A stretch of 64,000 nt of DNA from Octopus sinensis (lineage: Eukaryota): NCBI RefSeq assembly GCF_006345805.1, contig NC_042998.1, positions 17,112,001 through 17,176,000 of the forward strand. Direction: 5' to 3'. Of this stretch, positions 40,400-53,091 are shown piece after piece (within the stretch, counting starts at the first letter, position 1; each line of letters opens with the position of its first letter). Position numbers and translations under genes: made by a program. The notes beneath the pieces are model-generated. The model worked only from the letters and a program-made list of their open reading frames with translations, ran no database searches and was not told where the DNA came from.

Positions 40400-42975
40400 A
40401 GAGCCTGTTCCTTTCCTGAACTATCACGGAACTTAAGGTAAAAGAAACTGGAATATTCTCAGTGTACAATGCGTAACATCCAAAATGTAATATCGAGTGC
40501 ATCTATTCACCAAGGGAGCCGTTTGTTAGTTAAATACAGGATACTGCATTGCCACAAAAAGCCTTCTTAGTAAGAGCGTATTCAACACCAAATCAGGTTT
40601 GACAAGATCATCAAATCTACAAAAACCTAAAAATTAAAGAAAAATATAATATGAAAACCATGTTTGACATTGATACTACCATAGAAACAATCAAGCAAAT
40701 GGTATGTGCTAAAGCCGCCCAATATAGCAAGTTATGAAAAAGCGCGTTAGATACATAAAGGACAACGTGTTCAAAATTAACCCCTAAATGTTTACAGGAT
40801 TATAGGGAGAATACCAGTTACAGTAATGGCTGTCCCATCAAAAGAAGTGCAGGAATTTTGGAATAAAATTTGGGCAGAAGAGAAAAACACACAGTGAAAA
40901 GGCACCTTTGATTGATAGAATATCTTCAGTCTTAGACTCCTTAGAAGAGTAAAAGTGAGAGGGTGTCAATGTAGAGAATGTAAGATCTATTCTCAGGAAG
41001 TCAAACAAATGGAAGTTTCCAGGAAAGGATAAAATCTCTAATTTCTAGTTGAATGCCTTTCCAGAGAGCCATGAACTGCTAACAAAACATTACAACAATG
41101 TTTTGCAACAACCTAGTATGATTCCCTCTTGGCTAGTTAACTCTGTATCATTCCTATTGCCAAAAAAGGAAGAAACAAATTAACCAAAATATTATATACC
41201 TATAACCTGCTTAACAAAGTATAAAACGTTAATATCTGTCTTGACAGAATATACGTATAGTTTTTCAAAAGTAAGGGGCATGTTCCCTAATGAGCAAAGA
41301 GGATGTAAACGTGGGTCCTATGGTTGTAAAGATCAGCTACTCATCAATAAGATGATCTCGGAAGAACGTCACAAACCACACAAAACTTGTCGATAGCCTT
41401 GTTGGACTTTTGAATTTTTTTGATAGTCTACCACATAGCTGGATTAAGAAATGTCTGGAAATGTGTAAAATAGCACCTATTCTGCGAAACTTTTTGTCTG
41501 TAAGTATGAGATAATGGAAAACCATACTGCTTTTGAACAGTCACAATGAATCTTTTAATGTTAGGTGCTGTAAGAATTTCATGTGGCTTTTACCAGGGTG
41601 GCTCTCTATCACCACTCTACTTTTGTGTAGCCTTAATTCGTCTCTCATTATAGAATGTTTGATAAAAATATAAATCATCTCATTTACATGGATAATTTAA
41701 AGCTCTTTCGTCAAAAAATGACCAACAACTACAGGGTTTGCTGGCGATTGTCAAACAATTCAGTGATGACAACTGAATGCAATTTTGGCGTCGATAACTG
41801 TGCAAAACCTACCTTTATCAAAGGAAAAATGACAGAAACATCTAACGTTAACCTTGACCAGTAGGATGTCATAAAAGAGTATTGATCGCTTTGATATAGC
41901 TCTGTCTTCAGTATTGCTCTTACCCTGCGATAACATTCTCTTCTGATCTTTTCCCTCATCACTGAATGTTTGATTCTGTCCCATTCAAATGCCCCCAGGT
42001 TGTTGCAGCTCTCTGCTGGTTCTAACTCTTTTATGACATCCTGCTGGCCAAGGTTAACGTTAGATATTTCTGACATTTTCCCTTTGATAAAAGTAGGTTT
42101 TGCACATTTATCGACGCCAAAATTGCATTCAGATGTCATTACTGAATTGTTTGACAATCGCCAGCAAGCCCTGTAGTTGTTGGTCCCGTCTGGTATGGCC
42201 TTACCAGACGTGACTTACAGTTTCAATATCAATAATTGGTCAATCACTGAAATATGTAATCTTGACAGAAAAATAGGAAAATGTTTGACAATGCACAGAA
42301 TGCACCACTCCAAGGCAGATATAGAACAACTTTATCTGCCAGAAAAAGAGGTAGGCCGTGGACTTTTATTACTGAAATTAACAATGAAGATTGCCACAAC
42401 TGGCCTAGACACCTACCTAAGAAACTCGGAGGACTGGATTTTAAAACTTGCCTCAAAACATGAAAACAACAACGCATCATACTCAGTAACACAACAGGCA
42501 AAGGAATATATAACTGAATTTCAAATACTACAAATTCCAGAAACACAGAAAAATCTAAGCGTATGAAAACACGTGCTAAAACTCCTTCCTAAGATGTTGT
42601 TATTGATAAATGGCAAGAAAAACTTCTCAATGGCAAATACCCAAAGATAGCTAATAATGCCAGTGTTGACAAAGCCCTTATTCATCAATGGTTAATTACT
42701 TCTGGCTTAAAATCAGAAACATAAGGATTTATCATAGAAGCCTAAGATCAATGCCTACGTAGAAGAAACTACCAGGCCAAAATATTAAAGAATGGCAGCT
42801 GCCCAACATGTCGTGTATGTCAACTACAAAGTGAAATCATTGACCATGTTGTCTCCATGTGCAGTCTCCTTGCACCTACAGAGTATCTCAACAGGCATGA
42901 TCGAACTGCACAATATATTCACTGGGTAATTTGCCAAAACCTGGACCTGCTGTGTGATAAAATCTAGTGGGAAAT
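40400..42975 (+). mobile_element. Decayed R4/Dong-like LINE (RT domain) with internal inverted duplication
   Basis: FWNKIW, EQRGCKRGSYGCKDQLLINK, FDSLPHSWI, GFYQGGSLSPL, INHLIYMDNLKLF, MHRMHHSKADIEQLYLP, CPTCRVC, HDRTAQYIHW. Confidence 0.9.
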
Positions 42976-43139
42976 CTTATGGCGTTGTAAAGAGAAAACA
43001 AGATCATTGTGCAGAGAAGAAAAAGCGAAACGAATTAATTCTGCGATTATCAATTATTAAACATTTCAATCAGTAACATGCTTCGTTTGGCCTGTATTAA
43101 ACGGAGAAGGATAACTAATCTGGATTTAGAACTTTTACA

Positions 43140-43558
43140 AATATTCTTTCCTATTCTAGGCACAAGAGCTGAATTTATTTATATTTTTTTTTGGGGGGGG
43201 GGGGCGAATCGATTAGATCTACCCCAGTACGCAACTGGTACTTAATTTATCGACTCCGAAAGAATGAATGCAAAGTCGACATCGGCTGAATGTGAACTCA
43301 GAACATAGCGACATAAGAAATACCTATTTCTTTACTACCCACAAGGGGCTAAACACAGAAGGGACAAACAGGGACAGACACATGGATTAAGTCGATTATA
43401 TCGACCCCAGTGCGTAACTGGTACTTATTTAATTGAGACCCCGAAAGGATGAAATTTAAAGTCGACCTCGGGGGAATTTGAACTCAGAATGTAACGGCAG
43501 ACGAAATACGGTTAAGCATTTCGCCCGGCGTGCTATCGTTTCTGCCAGCTCGCTGCCC
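43140..43558 (-). mobile_element. SINE family B dimer (head-body-B1 tail-body-B2 tail)
   Basis: Full B1 copy joined at aaataggtatttc to a headless B2 copy. Confidence 0.85.
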
Positions 43559-43948
43559 CTAAGAGCTCTTATAACTATCAACTGTGTTAATATATCAGAA
43601 TAAATGATATTAATTAAAAACAAATTTGGAAGAGTATAATAACGTGTTACTTATTAATTTCATATCACTAATGCGAAACGTAGTACTAAGAGGAGGAGGG
43701 GAGGAGGGGAGGGGAGGAGAAGGTGGAGGAGGAGGAGGTGGAGGAGGAAGAATGTTAAGGATTATGATGGTGGTGATAATAACATCAACAAAAATAATAT
43801 AACTGGTGATTATGATGATGACGATGACGAAGACGACGATTTTGCTGATGATGATGACGAGGATGATGATGAGGAAGAGGATGATCAAGTTTATATTCAT
43901 GTTTATTACATATTCATCATATGGATTACGAAAGAGTAAGAGAAAATA

Positions 43949-43985
<37 letters not shown>

Positions 43986-44302
43986 ATCATCAACATAATC
44001 AACATTTTTTTAATTAATATTATTAAAATTAAGAAGGAAAAGGAAAAGGAGGTGGAAGATAAAAATAAGGAGTGGAAGGAAGGAGGGGAGGAAAAGGAGG
44101 AGAGGAAAAGGAGGAGAAGGAGGAGGAGGACGGTAAGACAGTGAAGAAGAACGAGACGAAGAAGATGAAGAAAATAAATACGAAGAATTCAAGTGAAATT
44201 ATAAATATGGTGCTTGTAAGAGTGAAATACAGAAAAATGAATATGAGAAGTCATTAAGAATAAAAAAGGAGTGAATATGCATTCACACAACTACTATATA
44301 TA

Positions 44303-44387
<85 letters not shown>

Positions 44388-44751
44388 CATATATATAACA
44401 AATTCTATTTGCCGTTCTGCGTAGGACCATGGTAGTAATTTTTAAACCCAGGAGAGAGATCTTTTCCAGCAGAGTATCGAAACACAACCTGCGTCTTAAA
44501 TAACCAGAAACCGTTGGTCTGTTGGTACTGTTAGTTTCTAGGAGCGAGTAGTACGCTCCTTTGCTCACAGTATATTTCAGACACGAGTTGTGCATCGATT
44601 ACCACATGGAAAAGGTGTTTTCCTGGGGTTAAAAGCTAGTAACATATTCCTATGCAGGACTGTCATCTTACGATGTCAAATAAAATTTATTATTACTTAG
44701 TTCTCACTCAGTGATTTAGAACTAGCTGGTTTACTTATCATATATATATAC

Positions 44752-44782
<31 letters not shown>

Positions 44783-45859
44783 AATATATATATTAATAAT
44801 TCTGATGCAACACTACACTCTACTGTTCTCACTCCCCCTATCACTTTCTCTCAGATTCTTTCTCTCCTTCCTTTTTTCTCCCCTTCACCGTTTTCTTTCT
44901 ATCTGTCTGTCTATCCTTCTTTCTCCTTTACACTCTCACTATCTCGTCACTCACACTTGACCATCGTCCGTCTTTCTTTTCGTCATGTGATGATCTTTCT
45001 TTTCTTTCACGGCTGTCGTAGGGACTGCATGTATCCCATCAGTCTCTCTTTTATCTTCCCTCCTGTCAAAGACAATATTTCTCCAGCGTTCGCTACTTTA
45101 CCTTCCTCTTGTCTAACGACCTTCCATGTTTGTTTTCATTCGGTTTCCTTGTATATATTCACTGTCCTGTTTTTGTTACCACTCTGTCCCTCCGCAAATC
45201 TCAAATTTTATTTTGGCTTGCGGGACCAACTGCCTTTCGAAGACTCATGTTATTGTTCAATGCTCGAAATAAGATGAACAGCCGACAACTGATGAATGGT
45301 TGTTCTTTATGCTACTTGTTTTCCTTTCATTTGTTTCTCTCTTTCTTTATGTATTCAACTCTTTTACCATTTGTGACGATCTGTATGCATATATATGTGT
45401 GTATGAGTGTACATGTACCTATATATTTTATTTATATTATATATATATATGTATGTATGTATGCATTTATGTATATATGTATGTAAGTATGCATGTACTT
45501 ATATATTTATATATATTGTTGTATTTCATGACGTCCATTTTCTTTTTACCAAATAAACACAAACATTATATATTATTCTTCACTCGTTTACTACTGAGAA
45601 AATGGTAATTGGAAGAAGAGTACACACGAAAACGAAAATTGTCGCCGAGGTGATCACAGATTTATGATGAAAGGTTTTCCGGACAATGGACATGAGTTAA
45701 AATAAGAACAATAACAAACGAGTGAAGACCATGTATATAGTGTGTGTGTTTGTTTAGCAATAAAAACAATGACCGTCCCGAAATACAATATCTGTTTCAA
45801 CACAAAATTTCGCATCAGGAAATTTGCAACACAATTTAATAAGCGTATATATATATATA

Positions 45860-46284
45860 TATTAATAAATAAAACATATGCATATATATATATATACATA
45901 TATGTACGTACCTACCTCTACATGTATATATACACGCATATATGAGTACAGGACACCCAAAAAGTTTCGAACACAATGAGAAACAAAAACATAGACTCAA
46001 ACCCAAGGAACTGGACATTTTTCTTAAACAACAAAAAACATAGAGTACAGGACAAATAACACAAGGAAAAAAACCCTTCTTCATTCACCATGGTTTCATT
46101 TACTCTACGTTTCGATATATATATATATATATTTCTCTCCTTGTTTCTCTCCTTTTTATTCTGTGTCCCTTTCTGTAGAAGAGCGTAGGCTCGAAACATA
46201 AAACACTTTTTCTATTTCTGTTACATCTGTTTGTTTTGTACACCTCCTGTCTTCATCTTTTGTTTTTTTATCGTAAACTCTCCC

Positions 46285-46290
<6 letters not shown>
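45860..46290. mobile_element. Composite TA-bounded element: module F (minus) head-to-head with a hammerhead-bearing D2 module (plus)
   Basis: 45860-46115 is the reverse complement of 63274-63530; CTTT CTGTAGA A GAGC-GTAG-GCTC GAA ACAT A AAA at 46169-46203. Confidence 0.7.
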
Positions 46291-46342
<52 letters not shown>

Positions 46343-46349
46343 CGATTGG

Positions 46350-46439
46350 GATAAATTAGCTAATAAGTATGTTTATTAACTGTAAAAAAATGAACGTTCA
46401 TTTTTGCAGTTAATAAATATACTTATTAATTGATTTATC
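46350..46439. repeat. Spacerless imperfect palindrome centred on AACGTT
   Basis: taataagtatgtttattaactgtaaaaaaatgaac / gttcatttttgcagttaataaatatacttatta. Confidence 0.8.
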
Positions 46440-46549
46440 TCCATTTTCTTATTTTTCTTGAATAGATATAAAACTTCGTTTTCCTAAATATCTATTTATC
46501 GCTTAATGAGGCTTATTTACCCTCGAATAGGACTTCGAAACATATATAT

Positions 46550-46700
46550 GTATGTATAAAATTCAAATTTACAGAAAACAAAAGACGAAAACAAGTGAAG
46601 GAATAACAACAAAGTGTATTAATTTAACAATCGGGAAGATTGAAAAGGTTTTCTTTTACGTTTCGAAGCTACGCTCTTCGAAAGAGATGATTAAGAAGTA
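46550..46700 (-). mobile_element. Family D2 element with decayed hammerhead motif
   Basis: Minus strand TTTCGA A GAGC-GTAG-CTTC GAA ACGT A AAAG; similar to 19770-19900. Confidence 0.6.
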
Positions 46701-46810
46701 ATAAAGAAAAAAAAGAAAAAAAGGGAGAATCAACGAAAACGGAGATAGGTAAAAATCGTTAGGGATTATCGGTTCAACGTGAAGAAATAGGCAGAAGGCT
46801 GAATGAAAGG

Positions 46811-47231
46811 CGATTTGGCAGAAACGTTAGGACGCCAGGCGAAATGCCTAGCGGTATTTCGTCTGTCGTTACGTTCTGAGTGCAAATTCCGCCGTTGCCA
46901 ACTTTGCCTTTGATCCTTTCAGGTTCGATTAAATAAGTACCAGTTATGAACTGGAGTTGATACGATCGACTTAATCCGTTTGTCTGTCCTTGCCCCCCCC
47001 CCTGTGTATAGCCCCTTAGGGGGGGGGGCAGTAAAAAAATAGGTATTTCGTCTGCCGCTACGTTCTGAGTTCAAATTCCGCTGAGGTCGACTTTCTTTTT
47101 CATCCTTTCGGGTCGGGATCAATAAATTAAGTACCAGTTACGCACTAGGTTCAATGTAATCGATGTAATCCCTTTGTCTGTTCTTGTTTGTCCCCTCTAT
47201 GTTTAGCCCCTTGTGGGCAATAAAGAAATAC
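46811..47231 (+). mobile_element. SINE family B dimer flanked by a 17-bp target-site duplication
   Basis: GAAGGCTGAATGAAAGG at 46794-46810 and 47232-47248; internal junction aaataggtatttcg. Confidence 0.9.
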
Positions 47232-47825
47232 GAAGGCTGAATGAAAGGGAAATAATTTCGGCGAACCGGTTAAAAGAATTTGTTCTTGCGCGCGTGTGTG
47301 TGAGTGTGTATGTATGAATGGGGTGATTGTATGAGTATATATGTAAGGGCGAGTTGTAAAATATGTAGACCAGTGTGTGCGTATGCATGTAAGTGACCCA
47401 GTGCGTACAGTATGTGGATTCATGTGCGTTACATATACTGGCATTTTTGCGTGCGGTTATCATCTCTGTGTACCAACGTATTGACCTCAGTGTGTGTGCA
47501 TGTTTACTAGTAAACCAGTGTATGTGTTGTGTGGAGTGATGTACATTTTGTGTACGTGTGTGTATGTGTGCTCGTGCGCACGTATGGACGTGTGTATACG
47601 TGGTTGTATGCGACTGACGTGTGCATGTTTGAGGCTAATGTGTGGGGCTAACTTGTTCGTGTGTGTGTGTGCGTTCATGCGTGCGTGTGCAAGCGCTTGT
47701 TCTTTGGTTTTTGTTGATGTGTGCTAGTCCAGGTGGTGTGTGCATGTATGAACGCGCATATTTGACTGTGACCACAGAATGTGCATAATTATAAAGTATG
47801 TTTATGGGTGCACGTTATCTCTTCT

Positions 47826-48229
47826 TCTCTTTTACTCTTTTACTTGTTTCAGTCATGTGATTGTGGCCGTGCTGGAGCCCCGCCTTTAGTCGAGCAAATC
47901 GATCCCAGGACTTATTCTTTGTAAGCCTAGTACTTATTCGATCGGTCTTTTTGCGGAACCGGTAAGTTACGGTGACGTAAACACACCAGCATCGGTTTTC
48001 AAGCGATGTTGGAGGGACAAACACAGACACACAAACATAGACACACACATACATATACATATATACGACGGGCTTCTTTCAGTTTCCATCTACCAAATTC
48101 ACTCAGAAGGCTTTGGTCGGCCTTGGGCTATAGTAGAAGACACTTGCCCAAGGTGCAACGCAGTGGGATTGAACCCGGAATCATGTGGTTGGTAAGCAAG
48201 CTACTTAATACACAGCCACTCCTACGCCT
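47826..48229 (-). mobile_element. SINE family A, full length, well preserved
   Basis: Head, body and tail all present. Confidence 0.92.
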
Positions 48230-48689
48230 ATCTGTGTGCATGAGTATAACGTATGCTTGTGGGCGAAAGTAATCTGTGTCTATGCGTGTTGCGTGTTTTT
48301 ATGCGTGTTACGTGTGTGTGTATATATTGTTTGTGTTCCGGCATTATGTGTTTGTGTGGGTGTGGGAATGTGCATGATGGTGAATGGTGTGTGCATCCAG
48401 GTGAAGTATTTAAGGATGCTCGTATAGTGGTATGTGTGGTGACATATAGTGTTATGGAGTGTGTGTGTGTGTGTGGATGTGTTGATAATGGTGTATGATG
48501 TGGGTGTTGAGAAGTGCTGGGTACTAGTGTGTGTGTGTGTGTGTTTGTGTGAAACAACCAATAGTAATGTTGATCTCTTCAAACAATAATTATATTTACG
48601 CATATTAAAAATATTAGACACTAGAAAAAATGAATATAAAAGCGTTAGAGAGAAATTTGCTACCATAACAGATGCTACAAGGAAACTAG

Positions 48690-49692
48690 TTGAAAAAACA
48701 TGTCCATGATAATGTCCAGCGAATATGGTGGGTGGAGCATCATTTCCCTTTGAAACTTTTCTTGCCTTTGGAATGTCATCCTCGCTGTATGTGGACGAAC
48801 GTTATCCGGATGGAAAAACACCTTTCGTCTGGAAACCAAATACGGTCATTTTTTCTTCTAACTCTGACTTACTCCGCTCAAGTTGCTCGCAGTAGGTCTT
48901 CTTTGCTATTGTTTAGTGTGGTTTTAAAAGTTCAAATTGGACTAAATCTTTCATATCTCACAAAACAGATAACAACATCTTACGTCATTGCCGGTGTTTC
49001 TTCTTTCCCTACGCACTATCTTCGGTGCTTCACACTTTCATAGGGAACCCATTTCTCGTCACCCTTCAACTTTTAGTCCAAAAAAAGGTTCATTCGTGAG
49101 TCTTGATGGCAAAGAAGAGCATACATTCACTATCGGCACGTGATTAGACGTGAAAGGTTTTGTGAAGAACCCAGTGACCCAATTTACTGACTTTTCCTAT
49201 GGCACACACTAGCCGATGAATGACCATATCCCACCTTCTCTGCTAGTTCCTCAACAATTACGGTGGCATTTTGTTCCACCAGGTTTTGCAGGACATTCTC
49301 GTCGAGGTCTACAGATCTTCCAGAACGAGGCTTGTCTTCTAGGCTGTAGTTGTCGTTTCGGAATTTCTGGAATCACCGTTGACACTGGTTTACACTTGTT
49401 GTCCGATCTCCATATACTGAATTAATATTCTTCGCACTTTCCATTGTGATGTTGCCTTTATTCAACTCATAAAGCAAAATATGCCTTATATTCTCCTTTA
49501 TCACTTCCATTATAGCTTTGAAAAACTAACTATTAAAACCAGACAACACTTTTCAAAACTTGCTCTAAGAATAAGGACAAGGTTAAATTTCTACCTGCTT
49601 TTATAGCAAGTTGATGCATTTAGTTTATCCCGTACCCATCCGACTTTTAATTCATGCAATTGAAAAACCGCATTATTTATTGGATGATCCAA
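48690..49692 (-). mobile_element. Mariner transposon, pseudogenised, one TIR
   Basis: IRHILLYE, FQKFRN..YSLEDKPRSGR, HPDNVRPHTAR, HPPYSLD; 5' TIR TTGGATCATCCAATAAATAATGCGGTTTTT next to TA. Confidence 0.88.
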
Positions 49693-51740
49693 TATATATA
49701 CTCATAAGTAGTTCAGTCAAAGTATGCTTTACTAAAATTCACTCTCTCCCTGCAATTAGAGCAATCATGCACACATAATGACACAGAGCTGTTACCGTTG
49801 TTACTTGCAATTTAATACACTATTCTACCTTCACTATGGAAATATATATATTGTTATTCTTAGACTTCCCAGTATTCAATATATTTGGAGGACTCTCAAA
49901 AAGACCTCATACAATTTAGTGCAAGATCTTTCAAAAATTTTTGGTTTATACATTTTTAAAAAACTTTCATCGAGATTATAATACATCCATAAGCTGTGGT
50001 TCACGCTACATATGCGGATCACATTCCTAGTTTCAAAAGTCTACGTTCCTTGATTAATTTTTCTGGTTAATTCTTAATAATTAATCATGGTTTGGTTATT
50101 TCATTATCAAATGTTCAAGGATGTTGTTTTCTGGCTCATCTTCTCAATCATATTACCGCTAAGTCTCCTTACTACAACGCAAGATAAATTGATGTTGGTA
50201 ATTCTCATTTTCTCAAAAACAAATATTAAAATTTTGTTGAAAGTCATATGGTAAACAGATACTTAGTCATACTGTGTATGAATCCTATAGCTTTCACATG
50301 AAATTCAAATATCAATTTTTAACACTTTATACTTCATACAGTTTCAATTAAATTGTGAATTTACATTTCTAATGTAAACGTAAAATCACATTTAATACTG
50401 TCACAACATAGACAAATCTTTACCAGTCACATACATGATGAAACTTATGGATATAATAAGGTACAAAATCTACATGAAACTTGAATGTAGTGACATATAT
50501 AATAAGTAATTGAGAATCGAAATTATTTAGGTCGGTGTTCTGGTATCTACTTTTACTGAAATATTTACAATAGAAAGTAAAACTAAATATATATATTTAA
50601 AAGTTCTCTTTTAAGTAAACAAGTTTGCTGGATGATGTCTACTGATTTTGGAATTTCTCGAGGCTTTAGTAGATTATTTGCTTTGTTTACAGTTTGTTAT
50701 ATTTTTTATTTTCATTTTGAAGAACCAGACATTTTATATTGCTGTGTGATTTGCGGTTTCAGAAGATTTATACGTCTATTTACTTGAGAGACAAACTGCA
50801 AAAAGATCAGAAACTTGCCAGAGGGCCAATCATAATACTGAATTGGATATTTGGAAGAAAAACGAAATAAACGACTGTCACTATTTTTTTTTTTTTTTCA
50901 TTATTATCAAGTGTGTCTTTCATCACTACAGAGTTATGGAAGTACGGAAAGAATTATTCAAAGTGAAATATTTATTTCGATTTTCTCTTAAACTTCAACT
51001 TATATCAATGCACATAAAATACCCTTCCTACCACAGTTTGCATGGGCCTTCAATTATTACTAACTCTGCATGCGAATAATAGATTCCACTTATCTGCAGA
51101 AGTTCATTAAATAATTACAGCATCGACATTCGGAACATGCTATTGCTAATTAATGGGAGAATATTTTCATTCTATTACTTCCAAAATCTAAGCTTCGTGT
51201 AGGGATAAATTACAGAAACATGCTTCGTTAAATGTATAATCATTTAATTACGACATTAGAGATTAGGAGACAATTACCTCGAATGGATTCAGAAATAGTA
51301 TATGTGCTATCTATTAAAACACACGATGAGTGTCTGGATTAGTGAAAATCTTTTTTCCTGAAAACATGCAATACAAAAAAATAATCTCAGTGTTACTGTG
51401 AAAAATCTTCATAATGTCCTTATCGCCGGGTGTTAGTTTGTATGTTTGTATGTATGTATATATGTATGTATGTATGTATGCATTTATGTATGTACGTATG
51501 TTCGTATACATATATATATAAAATAAAAGTGACAAAGCGGAACTGGTGTTACTCATATTTCATTCCCCTATCCTGGGGAAGCATTTTAGATAGTATGTTT
51601 AATATAAAGTACATATCTCAATAACTGAGAGGGGATTTCTTTACTCAACCGAGTCTTATTATCTACATAAACTCCAAGAATATGATATGGCCGGCACTTA
51701 TGCACAATAACTGATATTCACTTAATATTGATGAGTAGGC

Positions 51741-51955
51741 AAGGCGGCGAGCTGACAGAAAGGTTTGCACGCCGGGTGAAATGCTTAGCGGTATTTTGTC
51801 TGTGTTTACGTTCTGAGTTCAAATTCCATCGAGGTTGACCTTGCTTTTCATCCTTTCGCGGCCGATAAACTAAGTAACAGTTGCGTACTTGGGTTGATGT
51901 AATCGACTAGACCCCTCCCCAAAAAATTTCGGGCCTTATGCCAAGACCAGAAATG
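51741..51955 (+). mobile_element. SINE family B, B2 tail, full length
   Basis: Head, central domain and cccctccccaaaaaatttcgggcc tail. Confidence 0.88.
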
Positions 51956-52162
51956 AATTCTGTTGAGTATGCATGTTACTGAGACCTAACAAGGTGCTCC
52001 GGTTTAATTCAACTGAATCTTAATCTTAATATATAACGGGAAAGTTTACGAAAATAAACAAGGAGAGAAGCAAGGAGAGAAAAACATGCGTGTAGGAGCT
52101 AACGATCTATCATACATATACATACACACATACATACATACATACAAACATACATACATACA

Positions 52163-52236
<74 letters not shown>

Positions 52237-52237
<1 letters not shown>

Positions 52238-52892
52238 GTGGTCTGCTCAATAAATATTAGGACTGTTACTATAGTAACAAAACTAAATCACGGAGAGTGA
52301 AGCTGCCTGGTTCAGACGCACTAAGTTTTAATAACGTAGCTCACTTTCGCTGTTTACAGCAGTGTTTGGAAAGATGGGGAGTAGCGTGTGATCACTGCAT
52401 TGATTTTGACAGAGAAAGTTGAGCAGAAAATCTGCATCAAATTTTACCATAATCTTGATGACACCTTCTCATAGGCCTCCGCAAAGTTTTCAAAGAGTTT
52501 TCATCGTTCTCGACACAATCAAGATCTTGTGCACCTGAAACCTGAGTGTCTCTTTCGTCAGATGAGAACAGTTTTGGCACAAACTTGACGGAAACGCATG
52601 TAATACCCAAGCCTTCAGTGGTAATGGACTGAACTGAACCTTAACTATATCTGCACATTCTCTGATAACTCACGATGGTGATTTGACGATTTCACTTAAC
52701 AGCTGCAGGCACATTTGCAATGTTTTCTTAGTTCTGATGTTTGCGGGTCTCCCAGAACGTTCGTCAATATTGACATTTTTTCGAAATTCTTGGAAACGTC
52801 GGAACCACTCATACACTTGTGTGCAGCTCATACACTCCTCTCCATACACTTTCTGCAACTTTGCATAGGCCTGTGAGGAGGTATCGCCATGA
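52237..52892. mobile_element. Mariner 5' part with internal inversion
   Basis: TA then a CGTGGTCTGCTCAATAA TIR-like end and EQKICIKF on plus; QKVYGEECMSCTQVYEWFRRF..DERSGRP on minus. Confidence 0.85.
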
Positions 52893-53091
52893 CAACTTCT
52901 GAGAAAGCATTGACTGAAAAACTAATTCCGTCGCAAAATTATAAATAAACGAGGGAAAAATTCGCACCTAAAACGGGAAATTTTGGATGCGACACCTCCC
53001 CTGCTAAGCAGTTTCAGTTACGAGAACACACAAAATTCAACAATGATAAATGTAGACACGCTTTGGTAACAAGCATTTACAAAATTTACCA

